A stretch of DNA of 64,000 nt from an uncultured Chitinophagales bacterium (lineage in GTDB: Bacteria; Bacteroidota; Bacteroidia; Chitinophagales; BACL12). Location of the stretch: NCBI GenBank assembly GCA_964463165.1, contig CAYXBK010000019.1:20914-84913 (forward strand). Direction: 5' to 3'. Position 1 is the first letter of the stretch. Each line of letters starts with the position of its first letter. The notes beneath the pieces are model-generated. The model searched no databases, was not told where the DNA came from, and worked only from the letters and a program-made list of their open reading frames with translations. The translations under genes were made by a program, and so were the position numbers. Positions 38,348-48,765 of the stretch are shown one piece after another.

Positions 38348-39115
38348 TCAAAACACACATTGATCTCCATGCTTTCGCAGCCATTCTTCCGCTAATTCAT
38401 ATCCGGGCATTGCTTTCTCAACCTGTTTCCAGAAACGATGCGAATGATTTAATTCAACAAGATGTGCGAGTTCATGAATTAAAATATAATCAATTACTTC
38501 AGGCGGCGCAAATAATAAGCGGGCAGATATCGTAATATTTCCATCGTGACTGCAGGAGCCCCAATTGGAAATATTATCACGGATGCTGAGTTTTTTTATA
38601 GGCTTTTTAAAATGTATTTCATTTAATTCGGCAACACGTTGTGCAATAACCGGCTGGAAATGATTGCCGATTAATTTGCTTACCAGGTATGTTTTATGTT
38701 TTTGTTCCTGGCGGCTGCTCATTCCTTCCGAAATTGTAAGAAACAACACTTCATTTTTTAATTCACCGCTGCTTGAATTTTTATGTGGCGTGGATTTAAT
38801 GCGAATTAAAAATTCCTTCCCCATTACTTTAATTGTATCTCCGTCGTGATATTGCCGGTAAAGAGGTGTTTTTTTGTGCAGCTGATGTTTTGCGATATAT
38901 CCTTTTGCCCAGTCTGTCAGTTCGATTTGCTGTTGCAGTCGTTCGGCTTCCGTCATGTATTTTGAAAGACGGATATAAATTCCTTTTTGGCCGATACTTG
39001 CACGGCAGTCATATCTGTTTTCGAGATAAATAAACACAGTGAATTTCCGTTCACCTACTTCAATGATCTCTTCCTTTACAAGTACCGATCTTTTTTCTTT
39101 AGTAAACAATCCCAT
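38348..39115 (-). CDS. YgjP-like metal-dependent hydrolase (DUF45 / M48-like)
   Basis: C-terminal IDYILIHELAHLVELNHSHRFW (HExxH...H) motif. Confidence 0.8.
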   Translation of the reverse strand: MGLFTKEKRSVLVKEEIIEVGERKFTVFIYLENRYDCRASIGQKGIYIRLSKYMTEAERLQQQIELTDWAKGYIAKHQLHKKTPLYRQYHDGDTIKVMGKEFLIRIKSTPHKNSSSGELKNEVLFLTISEGMSSRQEQKHKTYLVSKLIGNHFQPVIAQRVAELNEIHFKKPIKKLSIRDNISNWGSCSHDGNITISARLLFAPPEVIDYILIHELAHLVELNHSHRFWKQVEKAMPGYELAEEWLRKHGDQCVF

Positions 39116-39192
39116 CTGCAGCCTGCGATCCAGTTTTTGATTTTATTTAAGCGGCAAACTTAAATAAGGTTTCGGTTCCGGAGAAAAACATT

Positions 39193-39879
39193 TTAATCGT
39201 CGCCATACTTTTTTAGTTCAGTGCCGATCATGTCAATTGTATTTTGCTGTGTGGCAATTTCATTTTTTTTCGCTTCCTGATTTTTTGCATTTTGATCCAA
39301 ACCGGCTTTCGCTTTTTCAATTGCCGCATTGCATTCCTCTATCGAATTATTTAATTGTTCTTTTTCTTTTTCAAGGTCCTTCTGATCTGCCTGTTTTTTC
39401 TCAAGGTCTTTTTGAGCAACCGCCAGCGATTCGGCAATTTTTAATTTCTCGGTGTGCAATCCGAATTTGCGCATAAATGCGGCGGCCTCCTGATATTTAC
39501 CCGGATTGGTTGCTGCAGAAAGGAAAATTCCGTCCGCATTAAAAAATCCGGAAACTTTCACTCCCGTTTTTGATTCTTCAAATAAAAAATACGCAGTAAC
39601 CGGAGCCGCCGACATTTGCGGAAGCACAAGATTATTTATCATGAATTCGTGCTTCCCCGTTTCCTCAAACTGCGGTTTCTTTTGCTTTGTATCGATCCAG
39701 CTGCGCAACGCTTTTACAATTTCTTTTTCACTCATGCCTTCAATCATTATACTATACCCGGTGCGTTCGCCAAGGCTGATGGTTGATGTTCCTTCTGTAA
39801 CGGTAAATTCTTTTTGCCCAAACATAATTGCCGGCACAAAAAATAATATTATCAGCAATAATTTTTGAATTGATTTCAT
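39193..39879 (-). CDS. Secreted hypothetical protein with C-terminal coiled coil
   Basis: Signal peptide. K/E/Q-rich heptad region (KDLEKKQADQKDLEKEKEQLNN...). No recognised catalytic motif. Confidence 0.5.
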   Translation of the reverse strand: MKSIQKLLLIILFFVPAIMFGQKEFTVTEGTSTISLGERTGYSIMIEGMSEKEIVKALRSWIDTKQKKPQFEETGKHEFMINNLVLPQMSAAPVTAYFLFEESKTGVKVSGFFNADGIFLSAATNPGKYQEAAAFMRKFGLHTEKLKIAESLAVAQKDLEKKQADQKDLEKEKEQLNNSIEECNAAIEKAKAGLDQNAKNQEAKKNEIATQQNTIDMIGTELKKYGDD

Positions 39880-39924
39880 ATGATTGTTTTGTATGATTAA
39901 AATTTATTCGACAGTTCCCTCATC

Positions 39925-39987
39925 TCAATACTCAATACTCAATACTTGATACTTGATACTTGATACTTGATACTTGATACTTGATAC
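39925..39987. repeat. Heptamer tandem array: (TCAATAC)x3 followed by (TTGATAC)x6
   Basis: Nine perfect in-phase heptamers in the divergent intergenic region between 39879 and 40121. Confidence 0.9.
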
Positions 39988-40073
39988 TGGCTCCTATTTC
40001 CAAACGAATCTAATTCTTTTTTCAAACTGTTTCAAATTGTTGTCACCTGCAGAACTGCGATGTGCAGAATATA

Positions 40074-40103
40074 TTTGTCTCAAAGTTTAATTTGATAACT
40101 TTG
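40074..40103 (+). promoter_or_regulatory. Bacteroidota promoter (TTTG, 18-nt spacer, TAACTTTG)
   Basis: -33-like TTTG at 40074-40077 and -7 TAACTTTG at 40096-40103, 17 nt before the ATG at 40121. Confidence 0.4.
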
Positions 40104-40120
40104 GAAAAATAATTTGATGT

Positions 40121-41506
40121 ATGCGCAGAGTCCTTTATTGTTTCATTCTGATATCTGGTTTTAGCGCAACTGCTCTTAATGCGCAGATTGAAGAATCCGC
40201 ATTCAGTGCCACCGGCCGCGGAGGAACAGCAACAACATTTGTAACGGATTATCAGGCAATCGGTATCAATCCGGCAAACCTTGGTTTTGATACTGAATTT
40301 GGAATCACACTCGGAATTGCGGAATTAGGATATTCATTTTATTCGGATGCATTGCTTCGCGATGACGTGCGTGCAATTGTTTTTAATAACGACGATACAA
40401 TTACACAGGCGGAAGCCGAAACAATTGCAAATGCTTTTGTTGAAAACGGAATGGCCTTTAATCTGAATGTCATGCCGCTCGGATTAAGTTTTAAAATCCC
40501 GAAATTCGGCACCATCGCATTCAGTTATACGGCAAATGCAAATTATCACAGCACATTTGGAGGCCAGGCGCCTCAAATTATTTTTGAAGGATATAATTAT
40601 GAGGAATATTTCGACACTGTAATTGTAACGGCAGATGAAATCTATGCGGTTGCGTATGAGCCGCTCAGTCTTTCCGATTTATTCGACGGCACCGATATTT
40701 CATTTAATGCAAAAAGTGAAATCAACTTCGCATACGGTACTGAATTACTCAGCACAGATAAATTCGGATTATATGGCGGCATCGGAATTAAATATATTAT
40801 GAGCCATGCCTATCTGAATTTTCTCGCCGAAAACGGAACCATTACCGGTATCAGTGCGCTCGGCCTGGATATTCTTGAGCTTACAACAAGTGAAACAAAC
40901 CCGCTTACTTCAAATTCGTTGCAGCCCGTTGGAACCGGATGGGGTTTTGATTTCGGATCAAGTATTAAAATAGGTGAAACACTTACGCTGGGTGCTGCAG
41001 TAACAGATATCGGCAAAGTGAATTATACAGCCAATTTGCTGCAGTTGAACGATTATGTTTTGGATACATTGCGTTTCAGCGGCGTTACATCAACCGATCC
41101 GATTCAGATCATTGATCAGATATTGACTGATGAAAATATTGTTGCCTATTCGGGCCTATCTTCTTTTACCGAAACCCTGCCTACGAATTTCAGAATTGGC
41201 GCATCCTTAAAACTTGGAGATTTCATCGACGTGGGTGTTGATGGTGTATTCCCGATGAATGACGTTGCAGGTGCTTATACATCACCGCTTTTCGGAATCG
41301 GAGGTCAGGTAAAAATCCTGGGTATTTTAAAACCGAGTATCGGGCTCACATCAGGAGGCGGTTATGCAACCAATATTCCGGCAGGACTCACATTCGATTT
41401 CGATATCTGGGAAGCTGGGATCGCATCACGAGATATCCTCACATGGTTTGGTGAAGCAAGGCCAAATGTTTCAGTTGCTTTTGGATTTTTGCGGTTTAAG
41501 ATCTGA
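40121..41506 (+). CDS. Outer-membrane beta-barrel protein (PorV/PorQ/DUF5723-like)
   Basis: Signal peptide; N-terminal ATGRGGTATTFVTDYQAIGINPANLG motif, as in the PorV/FadL-like barrel family. Alternating beta-strand pattern; terminal aromatic F-x-I. Confidence 0.4.
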   Translation: MRRVLYCFILISGFSATALNAQIEESAFSATGRGGTATTFVTDYQAIGINPANLGFDTEFGITLGIAELGYSFYSDALLRDDVRAIVFNNDDTITQAEAETIANAFVENGMAFNLNVMPLGLSFKIPKFGTIAFSYTANANYHSTFGGQAPQIIFEGYNYEEYFDTVIVTADEIYAVAYEPLSLSDLFDGTDISFNAKSEINFAYGTELLSTDKFGLYGGIGIKYIMSHAYLNFLAENGTITGISALGLDILELTTSETNPLTSNSLQPVGTGWGFDFGSSIKIGETLTLGAAVTDIGKVNYTANLLQLNDYVLDTLRFSGVTSTDPIQIIDQILTDENIVAYSGLSSFTETLPTNFRIGASLKLGDFIDVGVDGVFPMNDVAGAYTSPLFGIGGQVKILGILKPSIGLTSGGGYATNIPAGLTFDFDIWEAGIASRDILTWFGEARPNVSVAFGFLRFKI

Positions 41507-41507
41507 T

Positions 41508-42242
41508 CTACTCAATTATTTTATATTTCGATTTCGCAGTTTCCCTCGAACATGAATTATAATGCCACCACTCGGTGGGCAGCTGCCGGAAACCGGCTTG
41601 CTGCATTACAGTTCTCAAAAGTTTCCTGTTAGCTATTTGCTGGGTTGTTAATTTACCCTCAATTAAAAAATGCGCTTCCAGTTGTGGTTGCGCCAGCTCG
41701 CCAAAAAAATCGAAGGTTGTACCCATGTCAACCGGATTTCCCTGCCGGTCGCATAAGGTAATATCGAGCGCCGCACCATAATTATGCACCGAATGCTGGG
41801 CAGGATTTGAAACATATTTGGTTTTTTCACCTCCCGGCACGTTTACGATATCCCACATTTTTTTCTGCACACTTAATGGCCTGGCCGCATCATAGATCAG
41901 GAAACGCATATTGCTGTCACGTGCATTGAGCAATGCAAAAGCTTTTCTCAATTTGTCGGCAACATCCTTTTGAGCATAGGCATTTTTGAGATCGCCGTAA
42001 ACATCCGCATGCAGAAAATTGTCCGTTCCGGAATATTTCAGGTCCACAAAAACCCCCGGAACTGCCGACTCCAGATCCACAAGCCCGGCATCCAGCATTT
42101 CCTGCTCCACCGGTGATATGCTTTTCTGTTTTACTTTTTCAGAAATTACCACCGTTTCGGGGTTCTGATCCGGGGTTTGATTTGATTTTTGCCCGCAGGA
42201 AATCATCAAAACAACAGAAGCAATTGTGATGAAGCGCAGCAT
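41508..42242 (-). CDS. M15D (VanX/DdpX-type) D-alanyl-D-alanine dipeptidase, lipoprotein
   Basis: Lipobox LMISC; SVHNYGAALDITL and TEWWHY metal/catalytic motifs. Confidence 0.8.
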   Translation of the reverse strand: MLRFITIASVVLMISCGQKSNQTPDQNPETVVISEKVKQKSISPVEQEMLDAGLVDLESAVPGVFVDLKYSGTDNFLHADVYGDLKNAYAQKDVADKLRKAFALLNARDSNMRFLIYDAARPLSVQKKMWDIVNVPGGEKTKYVSNPAQHSVHNYGAALDITLCDRQGNPVDMGTTFDFFGELAQPQLEAHFLIEGKLTTQQIANRKLLRTVMQQAGFRQLPTEWWHYNSCSRETAKSKYKIIE

Positions 42243-42320
42243 TCTGCAAATATCTTATTATTGAAAGGCTTTTTAGGGATTATTTTTCCGACATATCTTT
42301 TATTTATGCCATTCCGGTCA

Positions 42321-42328
42321 TACCTTTG
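42321..42328 (+). promoter_or_regulatory. Bacteroidota -7 box (TACCTTTG) for the ATP synthase operon
   Basis: TAnnTTTG match. It overlaps the TTG used as the track start, which argues that the real atpB start lies downstream. Confidence 0.4.
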
Positions 42329-42355
42329 CGCCGAATTTCAAAATACACCAGCATC

Positions 42356-43468
42356 GTGCATCTGACTAAGAAATTAATATCACCGATTTTACTGGGTTTA
42401 AGTTTAATGATTGGAACATCATCATTTGCTGCTGAGGAAGGCGGTGCATATGATGCGAAAGAGTTTGCCATGCACCACGTTGCAGACTCACATGAATGGC
42501 ATATTGTAAAAGGGTTTTCTATTCCACTGCCTTGCATTTTGATTCATGATGGACTTCATGTTTTCATGAGTAATAAGATCCATGAAATGCATTTGGAAGA
42601 AGGACAAAAGGGTGTAACCGTATATCCTCCGATTGATGGTCATCTTAAAACTTCAACTGGTGAAGAATTAGGTTATAATGGATTTTATTACAACGAAAGC
42701 GGTAAAATTGTGCATGCTGATGGAGCTTATGTTCTCGACCTTTCCATTACAAAAAATGTGGCAACATTGCTGATCGTTGCCCTCATCATGATTTTGATTT
42801 TTACATCTGTCGCAAAAGCATATAAACGCCGCGAAGACCGGGCGCCGAAGGGACTGCAAAGTTTTATGGAGCCGCTGATCCTTTTTGTGCGTGATGAAGT
42901 GGTAAAACCGAACCTGGGAAATAAAACCGACCGGTATTTGCCATATATGCTTACCATATTTTTCTTTATCTGGATTTCGAATCTGCTCGGCTTGATTCCG
43001 CTCATTTCGAATCCGAATCTTACAGGAAATATTGCAGTTACGGCAGCATTGGCATTAATGACTTTCCTGCTTACAAATCTTCATGCTAATAAATATTATT
43101 GGGGACATATTTTTAATCCGCCGGGTGTTCCGGGTTGGGTAAAAATCATTTTGGTGCCGATCGAATTAGCTGGCATTTTTATTAAACCCGTTGCATTGAT
43201 GATTCGTCTTTTTGCGAATATCACGGCAGGCCATATTATCATCATCAGTTTGATCGGGTTGATTTTCATTTTTGGAAAAGCAGGCGAAAGTTTGGGTGGC
43301 GGATTGGGCAGTTCACTTGTTGCCGTTCCGTTTGCATTATTTATGAGTTTTCTGGAATTACTGGTAGCGGCATTGCAGGCATTTATTTTCACCATGCTGA
43401 GCGCATTATTTATTGCACTGGCACAGGAAGATCATCATGCACATGCTGAGCATGCCGAAGGACATTAA
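42356..43468 (+). CDS. atpB: F0F1 ATP synthase subunit a
   Basis: Bacteroidota-type N-terminal extension (HHVADSHEWHI) and the conserved LFANITAGH region. The start is uncertain: GTG 42356 preferred; TTG 42326 and ATG 42407 are alternatives. Confidence 0.8.
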   Translation: MHLTKKLISPILLGLSLMIGTSSFAAEEGGAYDAKEFAMHHVADSHEWHIVKGFSIPLPCILIHDGLHVFMSNKIHEMHLEEGQKGVTVYPPIDGHLKTSTGEELGYNGFYYNESGKIVHADGAYVLDLSITKNVATLLIVALIMILIFTSVAKAYKRREDRAPKGLQSFMEPLILFVRDEVVKPNLGNKTDRYLPYMLTIFFFIWISNLLGLIPLISNPNLTGNIAVTAALALMTFLLTNLHANKYYWGHIFNPPGVPGWVKIILVPIELAGIFIKPVALMIRLFANITAGHIIIISLIGLIFIFGKAGESLGGGLGSSLVAVPFALFMSFLELLVAALQAFIFTMLSALFIALAQEDHHAHAEHAEGH

Positions 43469-43744
<276 letters not shown>

Positions 43745-43749
43745 GAAAA

Positions 43750-43792
43750 AATTCCGGTGACAACGGTTGGTTGTTGCCGGAATTTTAATTTA
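43750..43792 (+). terminator. 15-bp hairpin immediately after atpE (intra-operon attenuator/terminator)
   Basis: AATTCCGGTGACAAC-GGTTG-GTTGTTGCCGGAATT (two G-T pairs) followed by TTTAATTT. Confidence 0.5.
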
Positions 43793-43825
43793 AAACAGAA
43801 TACTAATTAAACATAAAACAGAATT

Positions 43826-44338
43826 ATGATCCTGCTTGGCTCATTTGATATCATCACACCGGATCCGGGTTTATTTATCTGGACCGTATTTGTTTTTCTG
43901 ATCGTATTATGGGTGCTGAATAAATATGCTTTCGGCCCCATTAAAAATGCATTGGCAAAACGGGAAGAAGGAATTTCTGATGCTTTAAACCAGGCACAGA
44001 AAGCACGTGAAGAAATGGCGAATATGAAATCGGATAATGAGAAAATTCTGAATGAGGCCCGTGAAGAAAGAAGCCGTATGTTGCGTGAAGCGAAAGAGGC
44101 AAAAGAACAATTAATTGCGGAAGCAAGAGAAAAAGCAAATACCGAATATAACAGGATCGTGGATGAAGCGAAAAATGCCATCAATAATCAGAAAATGGCA
44201 GCCTTGATCGAAATTAAAAATCAGGTCGGAACAATGGTGCTGGATGTGAGTGAAAAAGTATTGCGCCGCGAACTCGATAATAAATCCGATCAGGAAAATT
44301 ATATTAAAAAATTAGTGGACGAAATTAAAGTGAATTAA
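43826..44338 (+). CDS. atpF: F0F1 ATP synthase subunit b
   Basis: Single N-terminal TM helix plus a long charged helix. Position between atpE and atpH. Confidence 0.85.
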   Translation: MILLGSFDIITPDPGLFIWTVFVFLIVLWVLNKYAFGPIKNALAKREEGISDALNQAQKAREEMANMKSDNEKILNEAREERSRMLREAKEAKEQLIAEAREKANTEYNRIVDEAKNAINNQKMAALIEIKNQVGTMVLDVSEKVLRRELDNKSDQENYIKKLVDEIKVN

Positions 44339-44420
44339 TCAGAGTCAAGAATCAAGAATCAGGAGCCAAGACTAAATCATAGTTTCCAATCCTGACTCTT
44401 GAGTCCTGACTCCTGACTCT
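44339..44420. repeat. Inverted pair of heptamer arrays (GTCAAGA/ATCAGGA arm and TCCTGAC/TCTTGAG arm)
   Basis: AGAGTCAAGAATCAAGAATCAGGAGCCAAGA ... ATCCTGACTCTTGAGTCCTGACTCCTGACTCT. The arms are imperfectly complementary and fill the atpF-atpH spacer. Confidence 0.85.
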
Positions 44421-44426
44421 AAAAAT

Positions 44427-44987
44427 ATGTCAGCAACAAAATTAGCATCGCGATACGCAAAATCAATTCTTGATTTAGCCATTGAGCAAAACAAGGTTGA
44501 TCAGGTATTAAATGATATGCGCTTACTCAACAATGCAGTTGATTCGAACCGCGATTTTTATTTAATGCTGAAAAGCCCGATTGTAAATGGGGATAAAAAA
44601 ATGGAAGTGGTGCTGAAAGCTTTTCACACAAGCATTTCTGAAATGACTGAGAATTTTATCGGCATCCTGATGCGCAAAAACCGCGAATCCTATCTCCCTG
44701 AAATTATTGATGAATTTATCAATCAATATAATTTATACAAGCATATCACACCGGTGAAAATTACAACTGCTCAGCAAATCTCACCGGAAATGCAAAATAC
44801 ATTAATTGATAAATTAAAATCAACTGCGGGTTTGCAATTCATTGAATTAACAACCGCAATTGATGAATCACTTATCGGCGGGTATGTTTTACAATGGGAA
44901 GATAAGTTAATTGACAACAGTATTTCGAGAGGATTGGCAATGATGAAAGATGAATTCGATAACAATGATTATGTGAGGAAGTTTTAA
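44427..44987 (+). CDS. atpH: F0F1 ATP synthase subunit delta
   Basis: OSCP-like N-terminus ASRYAKSILDLA, size, and operon position. Confidence 0.85.
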   Translation: MSATKLASRYAKSILDLAIEQNKVDQVLNDMRLLNNAVDSNRDFYLMLKSPIVNGDKKMEVVLKAFHTSISEMTENFIGILMRKNRESYLPEIIDEFINQYNLYKHITPVKITTAQQISPEMQNTLIDKLKSTAGLQFIELTTAIDESLIGGYVLQWEDKLIDNSISRGLAMMKDEFDNNDYVRKF

Positions 44988-45000
44988 GCTGGAAGCATGA

Positions 45001-45021
45001 GCCAAGAATCAGGAGTCAGGA
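45001..45021. repeat. Short heptamer array (GCCAAGA ATCAGGA GTCAGGA)
   Basis: Same word class as 44339-44372. Begins 13 nt after the atpH stop. Confidence 0.7.
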
Positions 45022-45081
45022 CAAAAACGATTTGATAAAAAAATAGATTAATTAATAACCGGATAAAAGTACAAGCGTCAA

Positions 45082-45144
45082 ATACTAGATACTAGATACT
45101 AGATACTAGATACCAGATACTTGTTACTAAATACCCGATACTAA
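45082..45144. repeat. Heptamer tandem array, ATACTAG class, nine units
   Basis: ATACTAG x4, then ATACCAG, ATACTTG, TTACTAA, ATACCCG, ATACTAA. Ends 10 nt before the atpA ATG. Confidence 0.9.
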
Positions 45145-45154
45145 ATTCAAAACA

Positions 45155-46735
45155 ATGGTAGAAGTAAAACCAGATGAAATAAGCGCAATTCTCCGCCAGC
45201 AGCTGAGTAATTTCAAAACATCTTCCGAACTCGAAGAAGTTGGTACCGTATTGCAGGTGGGTGATGGAATTGCCCGTATTTATGGATTGAATAATGCAAA
45301 ATCCGGAGAGCTTGTTACGTTTGAAAACGGTGTACGTGCAATCGTATTAAACCTTGAAGAAGATAATGTGGGTGTGGTATTGATGGGTTCTTCAGATGAA
45401 ATCAAAGAAGGTGATACTGTGCGCCGCACCGGAAAAATCGCTTCGATTAAAGTCGGCGAAGGAATGCTCGGCCGTGTTGTAAATGCATTAGGTGAACCGA
45501 TTGACGGAAAAGGACCATTAACAGGTGAATTATATGAAATGCCGCTCGAAAGAAAAGCACCGGGGGTAATTTATCGTCAGCCGGTAAACGAACCATTGCA
45601 AACAGGTTTGAAACCAATTGATGCAATGATTCCGATCGGCCGTGGTCAGCGTGAATTAATTATCGGCGACCGCCAGACGGGAAAAACAGCAATTGCAATT
45701 GATACAATTATTAATCAGCGTGAGTTTTATGAAGCGGGAAAACCGGTGTATTGTATTTATGTTGCGTGCGGACAAAAAAATTCAACGGTTGCACAGGTAG
45801 CAAACACATTGCAGCATTACGGTGCGATGGATTATACAATTATCGTTGCAGCATCAGCTTCTGATCCTGCACCATTACAATTTTATTCTCCGTTTGCCGG
45901 CGCAGCGATCGGCGAATTTTTCCGCGATACAGGACGCCCTGCTTTAATTGTGTATGATGATCTTTCTAAACAAGCGGTTTCTTATCGTGAAGTTTCATTA
46001 TTACTTCGCCGCCCCCCGGGACGTGAAGCATATCCGGGTGATGTATTTTATCTCCACTCCCGTTTATTGGAGCGTGCCGCTAAAATCATCAACAACGATA
46101 CAATTGCGGCGCAAATGAATGATCTTCCTGAAACACTCAGGCCACTTGTAAAAGGTGGTGGTTCATTAACTGCATTGCCGATTATTGAAACACAGGCGGG
46201 CGACGTTTCTGCATATATTCCTACAAACGTAATTTCCATTACCGACGGACAGATATTCCTCGAGTCGAATTTATTTAACTCGGGTGTAAGGCCTGCGATC
46301 AACGTGGGTATTTCTGTGAGCCGCGTGGGTGGAAATGCACAGATCAAATCAATGAAAAAAGTTGCGGGTACATTAAAACTGGATCAGGCACAATACCGCG
46401 AACTTGAGGCATTCTCAAAATTCGGATCCGATCTGGATGCTGCAACAATGGCCGTATTGAATAAAGGAAAACGCAACGTGGAAATATTGAAACAAAAACA
46501 ATATTCTCCGATGGCGGTTGAAAAACAAATTGCAATTATTTATCTCGGAACAAAAGGTGTGCTGGGTGATATTCCGGTTGAAAAGGTGAAATTATTCGAA
46601 GATGCTTATTTAACTTATCTCGAATTAAATCATAAACAGACTCTTGATGCATTAAAAGCAGGTCAGTTTAATGATGAAATTACATCTGTGCTTGAGAAAG
46701 TTGCTTCGGATATGAGCAAGCAGTATAAGCAGTGA
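45155..46735 (+). CDS. atpA: F0F1 ATP synthase subunit alpha
   Basis: Walker A GDRQTGKT and highly conserved alpha-subunit blocks ([24 protein letters not shown]). Confidence 0.95.
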   Translation: MVEVKPDEISAILRQQLSNFKTSSELEEVGTVLQVGDGIARIYGLNNAKSGELVTFENGVRAIVLNLEEDNVGVVLMGSSDEIKEGDTVRRTGKIASIKVGEGMLGRVVNALGEPIDGKGPLTGELYEMPLERKAPGVIYRQPVNEPLQTGLKPIDAMIPIGRGQRELIIGDRQTGKTAIAIDTIINQREFYEAGKPVYCIYVACGQKNSTVAQVANTLQHYGAMDYTIIVAASASDPAPLQFYSPFAGAAIGEFFRDTGRPALIVYDDLSKQAVSYREVSLLLRRPPGREAYPGDVFYLHSRLLERAAKIINNDTIAAQMNDLPETLRPLVKGGGSLTALPIIETQAGDVSAYIPTNVISITDGQIFLESNLFNSGVRPAINVGISVSRVGGNAQIKSMKKVAGTLKLDQAQYRELEAFSKFGSDLDAATMAVLNKGKRNVEILKQKQYSPMAVEKQIAIIYLGTKGVLGDIPVEKVKLFEDAYLTYLELNHKQTLDALKAGQFNDEITSVLEKVASDMSKQYKQ

Positions 46736-46739
46736 GAAG

Positions 46740-46767
46740 TTGCTAGCTACTAGATACTAGATATCGG
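46740..46767. repeat. Heptamer array, ATACTAG class (TTGCTAG CTACTAG ATACTAG ATATCGG)
   Basis: Begins 4 nt after the atpA stop, in the atpA-atpG spacer. Confidence 0.75.
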
Positions 46768-46826
46768 AAACAAAAGATTAAAATTAAAACACACTGATCG
46801 TAAACAACAAATAATAAATCACCTCA

Positions 46827-47714
46827 ATGGCAGGTAAATTAAAGGAAGTCCGCACAAGAATTGCTTCGGTGATCAGCACACAGCAGATCACCAAGGCGAT
46901 GAAAATGGTATCGGCTGCAAAGCTGCGCCGTGCACAGGATGCAATTTTGCAAATGCGGCCCTATGCGTTGAAAATGGGAGAATTGCTCAGCAATATTGCA
47001 GATGCTGCGGGTGGTGATGTGAAAATTGAATTTGCAAAAGAACGTCCTGTAAAAAATGTTTTAATTGTTGCAATTACTTCAGATAAAGGATTGGCCGGCG
47101 CTTTTAATGCCAATGTGATCAAAGCCGTTAAATTATTAATTGCGGAAAAATACAATCAATTACCTGCCGCAAATATTCAGATCATGTTTGTCGGTAAAAA
47201 GGCATATGATGTTTTAAAGCGCACCGGGTATAAGCACAATACGGATTTCATGAATTTATTTCACAATGTGAAATTTGAAAATGTATCGCGTGCAACAGAA
47301 TATATTAAAGAAGGGTTTTTGAAGAGAGATTTTGATGAAGTAATGGTTGTGTATAATAAATTCAAAAATGCGGCAACACAAATTCTTGAAACCGAACAAT
47401 TCCTGCCGATTACAAAAACGAATACAAAAGGTGCCGCAAAGAAAGCAAAAGCCGATTATATCTACGATCCTGAAAAGGAACAAATGATCGAAGAGTTGGT
47501 TCCGAAAATTTTAAATACAACTTTCTTCCGGTATATCCTCGACAGCAATGCATCAGAACACGGTGCACGTATGACTGCGATGGATAAAGCATCGGATAAT
47601 GCAAATGAATTATTGAAAGATCTCAAAATTTCCTACAACCGTGCACGCCAGGCTGCCATCACAACTGAATTAACAGAAATTGTGAGTGGTGCTGCTGCGT
47701 TACAGGGGAATTAA
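46827..47714 (+). CDS. atpG: F0F1 ATP synthase subunit gamma
   Basis: N-terminus LKEVRTRIASV.STQQITKAMKMVSAAKLRRAQ and C-terminus ITTELTEIVSGAAAL. Confidence 0.9.
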   Translation: MAGKLKEVRTRIASVISTQQITKAMKMVSAAKLRRAQDAILQMRPYALKMGELLSNIADAAGGDVKIEFAKERPVKNVLIVAITSDKGLAGAFNANVIKAVKLLIAEKYNQLPAANIQIMFVGKKAYDVLKRTGYKHNTDFMNLFHNVKFENVSRATEYIKEGFLKRDFDEVMVVYNKFKNAATQILETEQFLPITKTNTKGAAKKAKADYIYDPEKEQMIEELVPKILNTTFFRYILDSNASEHGARMTAMDKASDNANELLKDLKISYNRARQAAITTELTEIVSGAAALQGN

Positions 47715-47844
47715 GATGTGGTTGATGGAGACACCAACCAATAGCGTTTTATCGGTTCATGTCTCAATTGGTGTTAACTAAATAATTGAAACCTTGTATT
47801 CCTGGGGTTTTTCTTTACCAGGATTTAGATTAATTTTAATGTGC

Positions 47845-48765
47845 ATGAAAATAACCGGCATAGTAATTTTGTTGTTCGGTACCCTTCCCGTCATTGGACA
47901 AGTTTATTTTCCGCTGCAAAAGGATTCGGCTGTTTGGAGTATTAAGCGCACGGATTATAATTTTACACCTCCTTTTGAAACTTACTATACACATTTTTTT
48001 GCTCTTGACGGAGATACGATCATAAATGATCATTATTGCAATAAATTAAAATCAAATAATATAGGTGATGCTTTTAACTTCATTTCGCCAGTTGAATCAT
48101 TTTATAATCCGGAAACTGCAAATTACTGGGGTGGATTATACGAAACAAATAAAAAGGTTTTTCTAATTCAGAAAGAAGATACTGCTTCAAAGCTTATGTA
48201 CGATTTTTCAATGGCGATCGGAGATACGGTTACCATTAATTATATGGATGCACTTTCAGGTACATTTAAATTTATTCTCGATACAGTTATTTTGGAGCCG
48301 GTCAATTTAGAAGGAGATTTACGCAACCACTATTATTTACATTCAGATGATTATAGTCATTATGATATTTGGATTGAGGGCATTGGCAGCATCCGTGGTT
48401 TTTATCAGCTTGATTGGTTGGCAACATGGCAATATGACCTTATTTGTTATTTTGAAAACGATAACCAATTAACCGGAACAGATTCTGAATGTTTTTTAAA
48501 TACGAATATTTCAAATCCACTTAAACCACCGGTAAAATTTAGAGTATATCCCACCATAAATAAGGGTGAATTTAAATTGGAATATAATGGAGCACCAATC
48601 CAAACAGAACTTAAGCTTATTGATTTAAGGGGGAGAGTTGTTTGTAAAAAAAATATCTACTTGAATAATACAATTTCAATTGATTTTTTAAATACAGCGC
48701 CTGGTTGTTACTTTTTGATTGCAGATGATCGATTTGAAAATAGCCAAATGGTAATTATTCAATAA
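47845..48765 (+). CDS. Secreted protein with T9SS type A C-terminal sorting domain
   Basis: Signal peptide from ATG 47845. C-terminal YPTINKGEF...GCYFLI...VIIQ sorting-domain pattern. No recognisable enzymatic motif. Confidence 0.6.
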   Translation: MKITGIVILLFGTLPVIGQVYFPLQKDSAVWSIKRTDYNFTPPFETYYTHFFALDGDTIINDHYCNKLKSNNIGDAFNFISPVESFYNPETANYWGGLYETNKKVFLIQKEDTASKLMYDFSMAIGDTVTINYMDALSGTFKFILDTVILEPVNLEGDLRNHYYLHSDDYSHYDIWIEGIGSIRGFYQLDWLATWQYDLICYFENDNQLTGTDSECFLNTNISNPLKPPVKFRVYPTINKGEFKLEYNGAPIQTELKLIDLRGRVVCKKNIYLNNTISIDFLNTAPGCYFLIADDRFENSQMVIIQ

